Made by a program: the position numbers and the translations under genes. A DNA stretch of 64,000 nucleotides from Rhina ancylostomus (lineage: Eukaryota), in contig JARFYF010000053.1 in assembly GCA_030265395.1 (NCBI GenBank), positions 19,043,009-19,107,008 of the forward strand, written 5' to 3'. Positions 37,270-50,447 of the stretch are shown here, piece by piece (positions within the stretch are counted from its first letter, which is position 1; every line of letters starts with the position of its first letter). The notes beneath the pieces were generated by a model. It saw only the letters and a list, made by a program, of their open reading frames with translations. It did not search any database and had not been told where the DNA came from.

Positions 37270-38400
37270 GGCTAGTGAAAAATAAGGCTGCATTATTGCC
37301 CCAACTGTCCTTTCAATCTTTTGCGCCACAGTACTTCTCTCCACCTCCAACATTCTTCCAGCAGGAGTGAAGCTAATCTCAGATTGGACAAGCTTAAGTT
37401 GTTTTCTCAGGAGTATTGGAGGCTGAGGGGAGACATGATAGAAGTTTATAAAATTATGAGAGGCATAGGTAAGGTAGACAGTCAGAATCTTTTTCCCAGG
37501 GTGGAAATGTCAAATACTAGAGAACATGCATTTAAAGTGGGAGGGGGAAAGTTTAAGGGAGACACNNNNNNNNNNNNNNNNNNNNNNNNNNNNNNNNGAG
37601 GGGATAGGTGCTTGGAACCAGCTGCCGGGGGAGTGGTGGAAGCAGGAAGTGGCATTTGAGGGGCTCTTAGATAAACATATGAATATGCAAGGAGTGGAGG
37701 GATATGGATCATGTGCAGGAAAAAGAGATTAAGTTTAATTTTGCATCATGTTCAACACAGACAGCATGGGCCAAAGGGTCTGTTCCTGTCCTGTACTGCA
37801 GTATACAGAATGCAGGCAATACTTGTGTTCACATGTCCTCAGAGGCATGCAAGAGGATGGGTCTTACAGTCAACACCCGCAAGACAAAGGTCCTCTTTCA
37901 CTCTGCCCCTGCTGTACAACATTGCCTTCTGACAATAAAAATTCATAATGAAACCCTGGAAAACATGGACCACTTCTCACACCTCAGGAGCAATTTCTCC
38001 GCAAAGACAAACATCAATATTCAGCATCACCTTCAGTGCACCAGCAAACCAACATCAGTCTCCCCTCCCAGGTCGACATCTCCAATGCTGAGACCATAGC
38101 TCCACTCTTTCAGCTCCATTGGTTAGGCTATGTCATTTGCATGCCCAAAGCAAGACTCCCAGAAAAGACACTCTATTCCAAGTTCTGTCATGCAAGGAGA
38201 TTCTGACAGAGGAAAAGACCAAGGATATGCTCAAAGCCTCCTTGAAAAATTGCAGCATAGTTCCTAAATCCTGGAAATCTCTGGCCCATGGCCCTTCAAA
38301 CTGGAGAAAAAACTTTTGGGATGGTATGAGGAATGTTTAGCCCATGCATCAGGAGCACCCAGAAGCCCTGTGTAAAAAGTAGAAGAAGCACACCACTTCA
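37270..38400 (+). mobile_element. Decayed RTE-clade LINE, interrupted by a HER1 insertion
   Basis: GCIIAPTV.SIF...LPAGVKLI before the insert; SEACKRMGLTVNTRKTKVL..IKIHNETLENMDHFSHL..KDMLKASLKNC....WKSLA....WRK after it. Confidence 0.8.
37380..37800 (+). mobile_element. HER1/CR1 3' fragment nested in the RTE
   Basis: RLDKLKLFSQEYWRLRGDMIEVYKIMRGIGKVDSQNLFPRVEMSNTR plus tail GGGCCAAAGGGTCTGTTCCTG. Confidence 0.9.
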
Positions 38401-41400
38401 TAAATAGAATGGAAGCATGCCACCCTCAGTCCTAAGTGACTGCTTAAGATAAATTTTTCTCCAAGATGGAATCCATGGTAATTGCAATGTAGAATTATAT
38501 TTTGCTGATTATATTTTGTAGACCAATCCTCATTAGTATAAATAATAAACTATATGACTGTGACCATGCAATTATGTTACACTAAGTTAGTGCAGATTGT
38601 CGTGTTCTTCAATTGTTGAATCCATAAATCAAATTAAAGGTAAATATTTCATTTAGCTTACAGTCTTTGTTTTGACAGTTGGTTTGCAGATTCCAAATTG
38701 GAATGACACCGCAAGGTCAAAAACATCTGTCATGGTTAATCCCTAAAATTAATTCTATTCTATCTTAATGGTGGTGTGATTTTCTGCCTCTGAATAAAAT
38801 ATTTACCTTACTGTGTTTCCCACTTTTGAATTTGTTTAGATTTCCTACATGGTTTGCATTATTTCTTTAATATTCTATAATTATTAATGAAGCTTCTGTG
38901 CTGTGATTTTCAGATTATTCTGAGAGAGAAATGTATTGTATTTGATCAACTTTTAAACATTTGCCTTCTGTAGAGATAAAAATGCACCTGACAATGTCAA
39001 ATTATTCTGGTGTAGACATATTCTTCCTTTCTCTGGAAAAAGCCAAGAGCAAACAATTACGTGTGAATGATTTTAATATCACAAAGGTGCCACTTTTAAC
39101 TTTCTGGTAGCAGGAACTCTTTAGGCATCTGATGACTTAAAAATCTGTATTAAATATTGTGTCTGGCTCTGGTAAACTGTCATCTCTTTGGTTGTCCTTA
39201 ATCACCAGACATCTGTTTCTCATTTTGTTTTGTGAAGACATTTAAACATAAGTATTTGCCTGCAGCAAACTGAATTTTTATATTCATTTCTAATAGCTTG
39301 ACAAGAAAAGCTTCTAACTACAGATTTTATATTTTTACTGTCAGAATTCACTAGAGATCCTGGACTTGAATGGTGGCCAAAAATCTTTGTAAATTTTTGA
39401 TCTTTATGATGTCATATCAACTCATTCGTACCCTAACTATTTTAATTGTATTACTTTGTTTTTCTTCAGCATGTTCAGTCATTTTTATCTATTTCAGTTT
39501 TTTTTGAATTTAGACATTTTAATGCTATTTCAGTTAATAGATATTAGCTCCAAGATATAATGCAGTCACATAACTCCAAAAGGAATGTAGCCGGCTATGA
39601 ACAGAAATTTCCTAACCAGGAAATCTGAATGCTGCAGATTTATGACATTATGGAAGTGTTTTGGAAAAGAGGTTGCACTAAGGTGTGTTCGCCTGAAGGC
39701 TAGTGTCAGTGATTCAGACTCTCCAGCCTTGGCTAAAAGCCATAGTTTTGGATTTTCTGTGGGTGTGAGACCCATTATGTGGCTTTAGTGCATTACTGAC
39801 AAAGCTCATTACACATCTGGCAAACAGATTGAACTTTTGGTGTCTGCCAAGACTTGAACCTTTGGTCACAAATGGATGAGGTGATCCATTTGTCTCGCCC
39901 ATGGGTTGTTCCAAAAGTTCAGACTCAATATTGTTTTTTTGTTAGAGATTTCTTTCTTATCCACAAAAGACAACTCATTGTGCATTCAGGGGAGTAAATA
40001 TTTAATACCCTCTGATATGGTATTTACCTATAATTGGAATAATCATCATAAAATGTACAGAGAACTAAAATAATTCATTGGATTTTATAAATTCTTGCAT
40101 AACCTCATTATTAACAATTACAGAATGGAAGCACTGAAAACTACAATGCTAAATGTCAAATCTATAAATTTACCTTCTGATTGCAGTAAACATAGGAGGC
40201 AAGATTCATCATTAGCTGCCGGTACTAAATGTATTGACTACTGGCGACACACACCTCTACACATTTGCTTTGAACAGGGAGAAATACACAATCATTTCTG
40301 TAACTCATGGTGTAATCTGTACTTGAATGGGTGATCCTACGCGTCCTTACTTTGATGTTGAGATTAGTGAGACTATGACGCAAACAACTTCTCCCAACAA
40401 GCTCCACCAATAAGTGGTCTTTGCCATACTTCCAAAATAGAACACTGGGAATGTTGAAATCAACATTTGATGCACATCACAAAATTACAGTAAGGTATTT
40501 TTTATTTGATTATTTCAATTCTCTGATTATTTTTTAATGTTTTGGCAAAGCTTCAAATAAACTGCTGCTGCATTCTGATAAAATCTCCAAACAAATGTAT
40601 TATTCTAACCTCTTCTGTCAGCTGCTAACTGACCTGTTTTGTATTTGCAGAAGTTCCCAAATATTTGTTTCTGATTTCTGGCATTTGAAGTTTCATTTCT
40701 TAACTTTGGGGAGCAAGTTGCCAGTGACAGAGATCATGAGAAGACATGCATCTGAATGCTGATAATTACTCAACCTAAGTCTACTAAACAACAAATCATA
40801 GTAGATAACATTGTGTCCTTTTGTAAATGTAAAATAACAAACATATACGGAACTCAACTTATACACTAGGAATTTAAAGCAGTTATGGTAATGAAATATG
40901 TTTTAATTTCTGTCATGTACAAGTTGAACTGGAGGCAATTTGTGCCAGCTTCTTAGTACATTTAAGAGTTTCATTTGTTCGAAGTGCATTGTCATGGCCT
41001 TGATGGTACCAAAGGGATTTCCTGCCAAGCTTAGCACTTCATTGTAGAATAATCAATCAAAGGTTTAATAATGTCAATGGCCTGAAGTGTTCTCTGTCAG
41101 TAAATATACTGTAGTTACTGTGACATTGTGAGTAATTACAGGGAAGTATTATTGCTGCTCCTCAACCTCAAATTGTTTTCAAATTTCCTATGTCCACTAA
41201 ATAGATAGTCTACCTTGGAAATCAATTTAAACATAAGTATCAGTGAGCATTAATGTGTCCTGTGCTGAACACAGAGGAAGCAATGGATGAGTAAATAATA
41301 ATATAGAATCTTCAAACAGTGTGCAGCAGGGCAAATGTAATCCATTGGTATAATACTATACTTTAAGGTCTTTGCATGTTCCTATTGCATATTTTCATCA

Positions 41401-42769
41401 CTTAGGTGATATTTTCAGCAGTTAAACAAAATGATACTTGCAGTTTTCATGGGATTAAATATGGTACAGATTCTGCTCTGCAATAAACTTGGCAGCAAAA
41501 TCTGCCACCCTTCAAACAAACCTTTGATATGATGCCAGTATGAATACAAACAGGTCCCACATCTAACACCAGATGAAGTATTCCATCTCTCCAGGCAACA
41601 GGGGATATTATTATAATGATTTGACATCGCTGCTTTGGTATCATTTCCACACACCTGTAAAGTGGAAGTTAGAAATTTCAGGCCCTCTGTGCTAAAGAGC
41701 ATCCAAAATAATAATCCATGAAATCAGCAATTGTTCTTTAAATTTATCTCTAGTTTGCAAAATCTGGTAACCAATACTGGTAAACTTCAGTATTGCAAAT
41801 AAATGATATATCTGACTATTAAACTCAGAAATGTCTTTCTTTAACTAGCTGTGGATTTGCCGATAAGTTTGCCTTAAGTAATCAATAGATTAATTCCACA
41901 GTTTTCAAAGCATCATACACATTTTGTCCGTATTCATTGGAATTTTGTTCTATTCTAAAATGTACACACTAATGTAAAAACACAAAGCCTTTAAATATGA
42001 TAAACAGTATAAATTAGAGATAGCTTATATTAAAACAAGAATGCAATTGCTCCCAATACAAATGTTAATGTTATATATAATAAAGAGATAGCTAATCAAA
42101 TTTGCAATGATTTTGCAATAGGTATATTGTTTAGGTTATACCAGCAATGGGCGAAGAATACAAAATATCATCTCTTTAAAATTTTGACCTTTTGCAAAGT
42201 TGTGTTGGGTTTCGTAAAATCAGCTTTATTTTTTTATAAAATGATAGTTGCAACTTATAAGAAAACAGTAATTGTTGATGACAAGGGGCTCTTGAACAGC
42301 TGACACAATCAATAATTTTCAATTTTTTAGGATAAGCCTCTTCAGGGAGTTTATATAATCTAACTCGGTCACTGGTATTTATACAAACTATTTCTTGACT
42401 ACTTGGGACTGACACAATGGAATCACTCAACTTTTTTAAAATTCATGTTCATAATATTGTATGTACTGCACTTTACCACTAATTTTATATCAGTGACCAC
42501 AGAACTGTGTCTTTTGAAGCCTTATTAGGCCAAAATTTATTTAAAGGCAGTTTAATTTTAAAAGTGTCATTAGCATTTTTCATCCATCTTCTCCTCAATT
42601 CTCAAACACATTGAAGCCCTGTGGTAATTTAAACATATAGCTTTCAAATTTAAATTCAAAGTACAAGTACTGAAAGTAAGAAGGTTTAGCCATTTGGGTT
42701 TAATATGCTAAGGTTCTCCAGTTCAGTTCCGAAACTTATGAAAAAAAGCAAAACAGTTGTTTTTTTTTG

Positions 42770-43200
42770 GAAAACTAAAACAAAAAAAGAAAATGCTGGA
42801 AATGCTCATCAGAAAAAAAAGAATCAAGAGTTAATGCTTTGGGTCAATGAGAGGTCATTAGAGTCATGGAGTCATACATCATAGAAACAGGCCTTTCGGC
42901 CCAACTCTACCATGCCAACTGTGTTGCCTAGTAGACTAGTTCCATAGTTTGGCCCATAGCCCTCTAAACCTTTCTTATCCGTGTACTTAACTAGATGTCT
43001 TTTAAATGTTGCTAATATACCCACCTCAACCATTATTTCTGGCAGTTTTTTCCTGATACGTACTATCCCTTGCATGAAGAAGCTGTCCCTGATGTCCCTT
43101 CTAAATCTCTCACCACATTAACTCGACAAATTACTTTTAGTTCTCTCCACACTGATGCTGGCTGACCTGATGACTACTTTCAGCATTTTCTATTTTTTTT
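42770..43200. mobile_element. Inverted older-family PLE termini flanking a HER1 3' fragment (42860-43115, minus)
   Basis: AGAAAATGCTGGAAATGCTCA on the left, CTGATGCTG.CTGACCTG.TGA..TTTCAGCATTTTCT on the right; insert encodes KKLPEIMVEVGILATFKRHL. Confidence 0.75.
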
Positions 43201-43789
43201 CCAAGCAAGGAACAACCATTAACAGATGTAAAATTTAGTCCAACTAATTATTCTGTATGTGTGAGTGCAAGACAAGTTTTGCCAAACTATTTGATAGTAG
43301 GACAATGACACAATTCTGCCTGATTTTCACACAATATTTACTTAGACATATTTTCCATGGTTGACCATTAAGCAATAAAGGGAAACACTAGTCAAATTTC
43401 CTCATCACCGTTGTCAGGAATGAGACCAGTTCTAAGTATGTTGCCATCGTCCCAGTTGACAGTGGTATGCATTAACATTTCACCGAATGGTGCATTTGCC
43501 ATCACAGACCACACCAACCAGCCTTCAAGAGAACTGAAGTGAACTCAGTAACTTGCCAGCTGCATATTCTCACATCTGCATGAAACTAGACATTTCTGGG
43601 ATTCTTGCCAAAGTGATTGACAGAAAAAGATTTTACATCACTACCGACACTATAACATGTTTTGCACATTTGTCTGGCAGAGTAACTTTCATACAGTATA
43701 TGTGTTTGAAAACAAATTAAGATTTAAATCATGAGAAGATGAAATTAAAATGTATCTTTTATAAAGAGAAAATAATACTTCACAGAGAA

Positions 43790-43975
43790 ATGTTCCACAG
43801 GCAGCAGTGAAATAAACCAGATATTCAGTTTCTTTTCATGCTGGTTGAAGTATAATGTTGGCCAGGACATCAGAGTTGCTCCCCTACTTTCCTTCAGACA
43901 CTGTCACAGAACCTTTTATGTCCACCTGAGAGGCCAGAAGTGTCTCTGTTTATCGTCTCATCCAAAAACTTAACA
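43790..43975 (-). mobile_element. Deu-domain SINE fragment
   Basis: TGGTTGA...TTGGCCAGGACATCAG...CTTTTATGTCCACCTGAGAGG.CAGA...GTCTCATCC matches the reverse complement of the recalled Deu core. Confidence 0.7.
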
Positions 43976-44721
43976 TTCTTACACGAGACAGACAAAAACT
44001 ACATGAATAGATGGAAAATGGTATAAGTAATACATAATAGAAGCAGAATTTAACCAATATGCACTGGTTAATGTTATTGAATATTGTAGGGTCCACAACA
44101 TTGACTTCTTAGCAGAGTAACCACACTATCAACAGTACTTCTAACAAGGAGTGGAAAAAAAACTCACAGTGAGCCAATCTTGTTCATCTTCTTGGTAGTA
44201 GGTTTTGGAGTTATATGTCAAACACCCAGGATAAAATTTCCTACCTATTCAGACAAGATGAAAAGAATTTAGAGAGGATGAACTGGGAAAAATACATTTG
44301 TTACAATCAGTGACACTACAATAGCTTTTAGCTAAATAACAGCTGTTGTTAAAGTCATGGTTACAGCCCAATATTCGCAAACCTGCTGAAATAAATGGGC
44401 CAAATATTCTGCTTAAAAGCCAACAGTTCTATTCATATCAATTGACTTTTGTGCTGATCCAAGCCAAATCCTTAGATTCCTGAGCTGGCTGAAGTGCAGC
44501 TTTCCAGCACAGGTACATGCTCGAGCTGTATCAGTGAAAACCAATGGAAACCAATTGAGCAGCACAGATCTCCATCGATTTTCCAGTTCTTAGCAGTCTC
44601 ATTGAAATAAATGTGAAGAAATGGTACTGAGAGAATGGCCTTCTTATTTGTTTTATTCATCTTGTTTAAATGTATTTAAGAGTTTTTAAATGTGTGGGAG
44701 GACAATTGAACATTTTAATTA

Positions 44722-44818
44722 TCTAAGCAACAAGTAATCTGCTGAAGGAGCTTAGTGGGTCAAGGAGGGAAAGGAATTGTTGACGCTTTGTATTGAAACA
44801 CTGCCTGGGGATTGAGAG
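44722..44818 (-). mobile_element. PLE terminal fragment
   Basis: AGCAACAAGTAATCTGCTGAAGGAGCTTAGTGGGTCAAG...GTTGACGCTT. Confidence 0.6.
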
Positions 44819-47640
44819 NNNNNNNNNNNNNNNNNNNNNNNNAGGGGGCAGGGTGAAACAGTCTCACCAGTGGTGAGTTGACTACTGAAGCTTGAAATAC
44901 AAATAATGACCAACATATTAATATTTTACATACTGTGATGCATCAGTGCTCAATTACTAACGTTCCTGTGGTATTAAGTAGTATTGAAAATGGAAGAACA
45001 AAATTACTGCTAATACATTTTTGATATGAGAATACAAAATATCTAAGGAACGTGCCTTCTAAACTCTTTGGAAAATCTTGAATCCGTTTTATATTTTTGA
45101 CATTTGGATTCAGTGCACTGGTGTCATATTCCCTTCTGTACAAGTGTTGGTCATACTTATCTTTTAAATCACTGTAACTTAGTTGTTCCCACAGGTATTG
45201 GCTCATAAAGAGAACAGCTGAGCCGTTAGCTTTTTTATAAAGCTGTTGGTCAGCCTCAGCTAGTTTTCTAGGTTAGCTATATGTCTCCATGATGAAGGAA
45301 CCTGCTGGCATTCACAATCTGAGCTAGTGGAAGGGTACCTGATTACTGTGAAAATCTACCACAGGGTAAGTCAGAGCATACAACAGGGGAGTGCAGATTC
45401 TTTAAAAAAGATCTACCATTTAAATGCCAAATAATTGGGTTATGAAATATTCAAAGAAAGAGAAATGTTTGAAATTTCAGCATAAAATCCTCTGAAAAGT
45501 ATGTGCTGGTGTAAATTGAATGTTGGACTAGGCCCATTTGGCTGGATACATTCCAGAGCATGTGTTCAACAGAGTTCACTGCCACAAAGTACTCAGCACT
45601 TTGATACAGCTGACCTGTATAAAAGCCTCCGTCATTTGCAGATGTTTCTCTGGTGAGCAGAGTGAAACATGTCAAAGAAGAATCATTAGCAAATCCTGAA
45701 TGAATGAGCTGTACAAACTGCAAAGTTACTTCCTTCTTACTACTGACAAGCAGTACATGAGGACACCATTTTAAACTAACAATATTTACCAGTGATTGAT
45801 GTCTTTGCGTGTGCTACAAATGGTTATAATTTGTATTTGGTTATTGAGGGTAAGGTTTGACAGTGATGGGAATGGACTTCATGCTGTTTTTTTTTCTTGT
45901 GCCAGTTTTGAGAAGATCTATTTCAGATGTGACCAAAATAGTGATAACATTGGCTCTCACCCACATAATTTGGCTAATAGAATTGGCATCGACTATGTTG
46001 GTATGAAGAATAATGAAGATGGATGTCCATGCAACTTACAGCACCAGCCCAGTGTTAACTCACTTTGGCATAATATTTTAAAAAAGTATTTGACTGTTTA
46101 GATTTTCACACATAAAAGCAGTTCATGGGCAGGTTACATTAAACACTTAGTGTGCACTTCCAAGGTATTCTAGCATTACCGTAAAATTACATGTGCAATT
46201 AGAAAAGGAGATAAAGTTCTTAGATTTCTAAAATTATATTATTAAGCCAAATGTATTTTTTTATTATTGTTGTCAGTGTATCTAGTCCAGTGTACAAACC
46301 AAAGCACATTGCAGATAGTTCAGTCTTGATAGCACATGACTTATATTCTCTCTGTGATGGTCTACTCTTTCTGGGTTTCTTTATCTTAAACTATTATTGA
46401 ATGTCAGTCACTTTGGAGAGGCAGATGAAAATTTGCAAATTGCCACAATAACTCTCCTGTGTTGCTTAGCAATCCCGAATAAAATATAAATCATTCTTCC
46501 TCCAGAAAAGAATCCACAAATCAACCACATAGGAACCATTGTTGAGATGTTTTGGCTCTTCCATTTGCATGTTGTCATCACCTGAATGATAATGTGGCAC
46601 TCCATCCCCAACTTGACTACATTCCTAAGTTCCTGTAAAATCTTCCTTACAATTTGCTAATCAAATCCAAATAGAATTCATTGTGGAATTTGATGTTACA
46701 TATTCAGTTGTGCGTGGAAAATATAAACTATAGCAATCATACCATTTGGGTTTCTGCCAGGAAAATGTTCTATTATGTGATTACCAGGTGACAATATTAG
46801 GTTACTTCAGCTGTAATCTTTTAGGGACTATTGGGTATGACAAGAATTGGCTACCCAATAGACTCCTCTGACTTCACGAACCCAAAGATGAAAATGCAAC
46901 GAAGAAAGTATAAATAATCGATCTGATTCACAACACATGATTGCCTCACAACACATATTTGATGTATGCAACTCAAATGAATATTACAGTTTTCTTTTTG
47001 TCAGCTTCTATGGGTAAATGGTAAACAGAGCAAAGATTATATTCTCCTCAAAATGTAAGATAAAATAATACAGTAAAATTGTTGCCTTTTCGGAATTGCA
47101 CAATTAATAGTTAACAAAAAAAATTGTATGTTCTGCCTGATATGGAACACTTGTAGAAATTATTAAAGACAGATGGTCCTTGCAGTTCATAATACAATGA
47201 ATTTAAAAAGTGCTGAATATGGATAAAATATAAACAAAAGTACTAATATGTCTGGGTAACAGGAAAGATATAACAAAATATTTATATCAAAGCTATATCA
47301 ATAACTAGCATCTGTGGGAATTGAGGGAAAGTTTTCATATGTTGATAATAAGACCACCAAAAGCTCTTGGCATTTCTTTTGCGTAATATTTATCATATTT
47401 AATGGTTTCTAAATTCTTCAGCCCATTTCGTGGACTCAATTAACACTGAAACAAGAATTGTTTCCCAAAAAAGGAATGAACTCTTTACATTTGGCTCCCT
47501 TTTAAGTAGCTAACCTAGAAAATCATTTGATCTACTTCCTAAGTTGAAACATTTTTTTATCTGCCTAAATTCTATGAGTGAGTGCAAATTATGAAAACTT
47601 AGGTAAAGGTATTTATCTCAAAATATTGTAAAATCAAAGT

Positions 47641-48335
47641 AAATTGGTAAATTGGTTTGCTATTGTCACATGTACCAAAGTGCAGTGAAAAACTTGTCAT
47701 GGTTCTGAGTTCTGGCCCTAAATTTGGCTCCCTTAATGCCTTGTTGTCCAGCACATGGATTCCATGCTGGACTGATTACATAATGACACACACCTGANNN
47801 NNNNNNNNNNNNNNNNNNNNNNNNNNNNNNNNNNNNNNNNNNNNNNNNNNNNNNNNNNNNNNNNNNNNNNNNNNNNNNNNNNNNNNNNNNNNNNNNNNNN
47901 NNNNNNNNNNNNNNNNNNNNNNNNNNNNNNNNNNNNNNNNNNNNNNNNNNNNNNNNNNNNNNNNNNNNNNNNNNGTTGCTGGTACTGTAATAGCATTACA
48001 ATAACCACTACACCACCATGCCTGTCTACAACAGTGCATTGAGGTAGTACAAAGTAAAACAATAACAGAATGCAGAATAAAGTGTTACAGGGAAAGTGCA
48101 GGCAGACAATAAGATGCAAGGTCATAATGAGGAAGACTGTGAGGTCAAGGGTCCATCTTATGACAGGGGACCATTCAATAGTCTAATAACAGCAGGATAG
48201 AAGCTGTTTTTGAGCCCAGTAATATGTGCTTTCATGCTTTTGCATCTTCTGCCTGATGAGAGGGGGGAGAAGGGAGAATGTCAGGGGTGGGTGGGGTCTT
48301 TGATTATGATGGTTTCTTTACTGAAGCAGCAAGAA
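47641..48335 (-). mobile_element. Rex-like LINE 3' part with nested TG-repeat (47695-47797) and V-SINE head (47975-48022)
   Basis: 48030-48165 is the reverse complement of the 58535-58680 family. SINE head reverse complement GGCATGGTGGTGTAGTGGTTA. Confidence 0.75.
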
Positions 48336-48589
48336 ATAGAAGATATTGCAAAAGCCCAGTCTCATCTGAACAACACCGTTCAGAATCTCAGCAAGCTCTG
48401 AGGAAATAACATTCTTGATCTAACTTTCTTAGTATATTTACTGATGTTTTAACCAGAATGAACAGATAATTCTTAGTACTGGGAAATATGTTAGGATGGT
48501 GGTGAAGCACAGAGAATTTGACTTGATAAATCATTGTGGGGAAATGATCATATAGTTTACTTTATTCACATGAGGATTAAACGTTACTA

Positions 48590-48812
48590 AGATATCAACG
48601 ATAACCATTCTGCTCATCTTCAAAGTAGTAATGGGATCTTTTGCACACCTGAAAGAGCAGATGGAACTTAGGTTTAACATCTCATCCCAAAGATATAAAC
48701 TCTTGACAGCAGCACATCTCCTGAGAAATGTCAGTGTTGGTTTCAGTACTCAAGTATTTGGAAGAGAGTTAGAACATTCAATTTTCTCATCCTCAAGTAA
48801 GCATGCTAACTA
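48590..48812 (-). mobile_element. Deu-domain SINE fragment
   Basis: ATGGGATCTTTTGCACACCTGAAAGAGCAGATGG...GGTTTAACATCTCATCC.AAAG...TGACAGCAGCAC. Confidence 0.7.
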
Positions 48813-50087
48813 CTAAAAACTTGTATTTTATCCTGAATCTTGCAGGGGACTGACAAGGGTACACTTAATCATGCCATTCGATATCCCAAAGTACAAACAC
48901 TTCCTTTCACAGCACTGGTAATTTCTCAAATTGACTGGAACAACATTCATGAGAATGTTTCAGTAACATTATGTTAGTTATCATCCTCAGAAAATAATAA
49001 CATATAAAATAGGAAACACAGTATGTTGTAAAAATGGAGCTTTTTAAATCAGCCTTTCTAATCTTTGTTCTTAAATATCGTATTATAGTGAAAATAAAAG
49101 AACTATGTTTGAAGTCATTGCCTGCAAAATAGAAAAGTCTAAAACCACATTCAAGGTCATCCAGTAGCTGAAAGATGAAGATATTTTAGTTGGCATTGAA
49201 CAACAAAGCTAATTTCTNNNNNNNNNNNNNNNNNNNNNNNNNNNNNNNNNNNNNNNNNNNNNNNNNNNNNNNNNNNNNNNNNNNNNNNNNNNNNNNNNNN
49301 NNNNNNNNNNNNNNNNNAATTTCTAAATTGAAAAGAGCAAAGAAGAGCAGCAGGTAGAGCTTCATCTTTATTTCTGTTGGTCATGGCTCTACCAATTATA
49401 TTGTTGCCTAATTTACCAATGATAAACAACTGGGGGAGGGGCAGAGCGTTTCCTCTTAGTCCCTTAAAGTCATTGACTATTGAATGACTTTCTTTGTCAA
49501 GTATCTTCACATGTTCATAGTTTATTATGATATAGAAAGAGGCCAATTAGCCCACTGACTCTAATCCAGCTCCTAGAGCAATCCCATGATTCTATCCCCC
49601 CACTCATTTCCCTGTTACTCTCATATGACGATCAACCCCACCTTGACTCTCTTTGCACCCACTACAGGAAGGGTTATTTAGTCATTCAGTTCTTGTCCAC
49701 TTCGGCATCTCAGTGCTCTAAAATTCTGGTAGTTTGGTATTGTTTAATCTCACCAGTGCAAGTTCTGACTAGGACTGTCAGAATTCAAGACTTAGAGAAT
49801 AAATACCACCACTATATTCCATTTAAAATCTGGCCCATATTCAGCTAGAATTGAGGATGGCTGTCAAATACAACCTTGCTATGTAAAGTCAGATGGTACA
49901 TGAGTGGTTTAACGCCAAGGAACCATTTTGAAAATCTTAACCTTATCTTCCCAACTAAAAATGGAATCAGGTCACAACATTATATTTTTACTAGCACTTT
50001 GGCCAGCACTGACTTGGACCTTCCTGGCCCTTTATTCTGGTTATTGTTAAAAATTCTTTTTCTGGTCTAATCAAGCTTTAAATGTAA

Positions 50088-50237
50088 TAAGCAAAACACA
50101 AACTGCTAACGGGTCAGGCAGCATCTGCAAAGGGAAATGGACAATTGACATTTCCAGTCAAGACCCTTCATCAGATCTGGATCAGTGGTCCGTTTTTTGC
50201 TCCAAATTTCAGCATCTGTTGTCTTTTATGTCTTCAG
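50088..50237. mobile_element. PLE terminus with intact CUGAUGA/GAAA core (minus, 50142-50174) plus a short inverted tail
   Basis: Minus: CTGATGA A GGGTCTTGACTG GAAA TGTC. Opposite-orientation TTGCTCCAAATTTCAGCATCTG..GTCTTTTATGTCT follows. Confidence 0.75.
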
Positions 50238-50447
50238 ATGTCATAAGCAGGGCTGGGATGAATCATGACCAGGAGAAATGAGGTACTACTATCCTTCCTG
50301 AGAAAAAAACCTCCAGCAATTTAAGCCACTTATTATTATTTGGAATTTTTCCATAATGCTATGCAGATTTAAGCTAGATGAAGTGTAAGGTTGCAAAATA
50401 TTTTGTTTGCCATGGGAATGTTTCACAGTTCAATGAAAATTTCACAA

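Noticed and set aside
43500-43600. RELK...LHETR resemblance to an RTE endonuclease
   Set aside because: Too short and interrupted by stops to support a call.
46827-46861. 10-bp inverted repeat CTATTGGGTA...TACCCAATAG
   Set aside because: Within chance expectation when spacer length is free; no supporting context.
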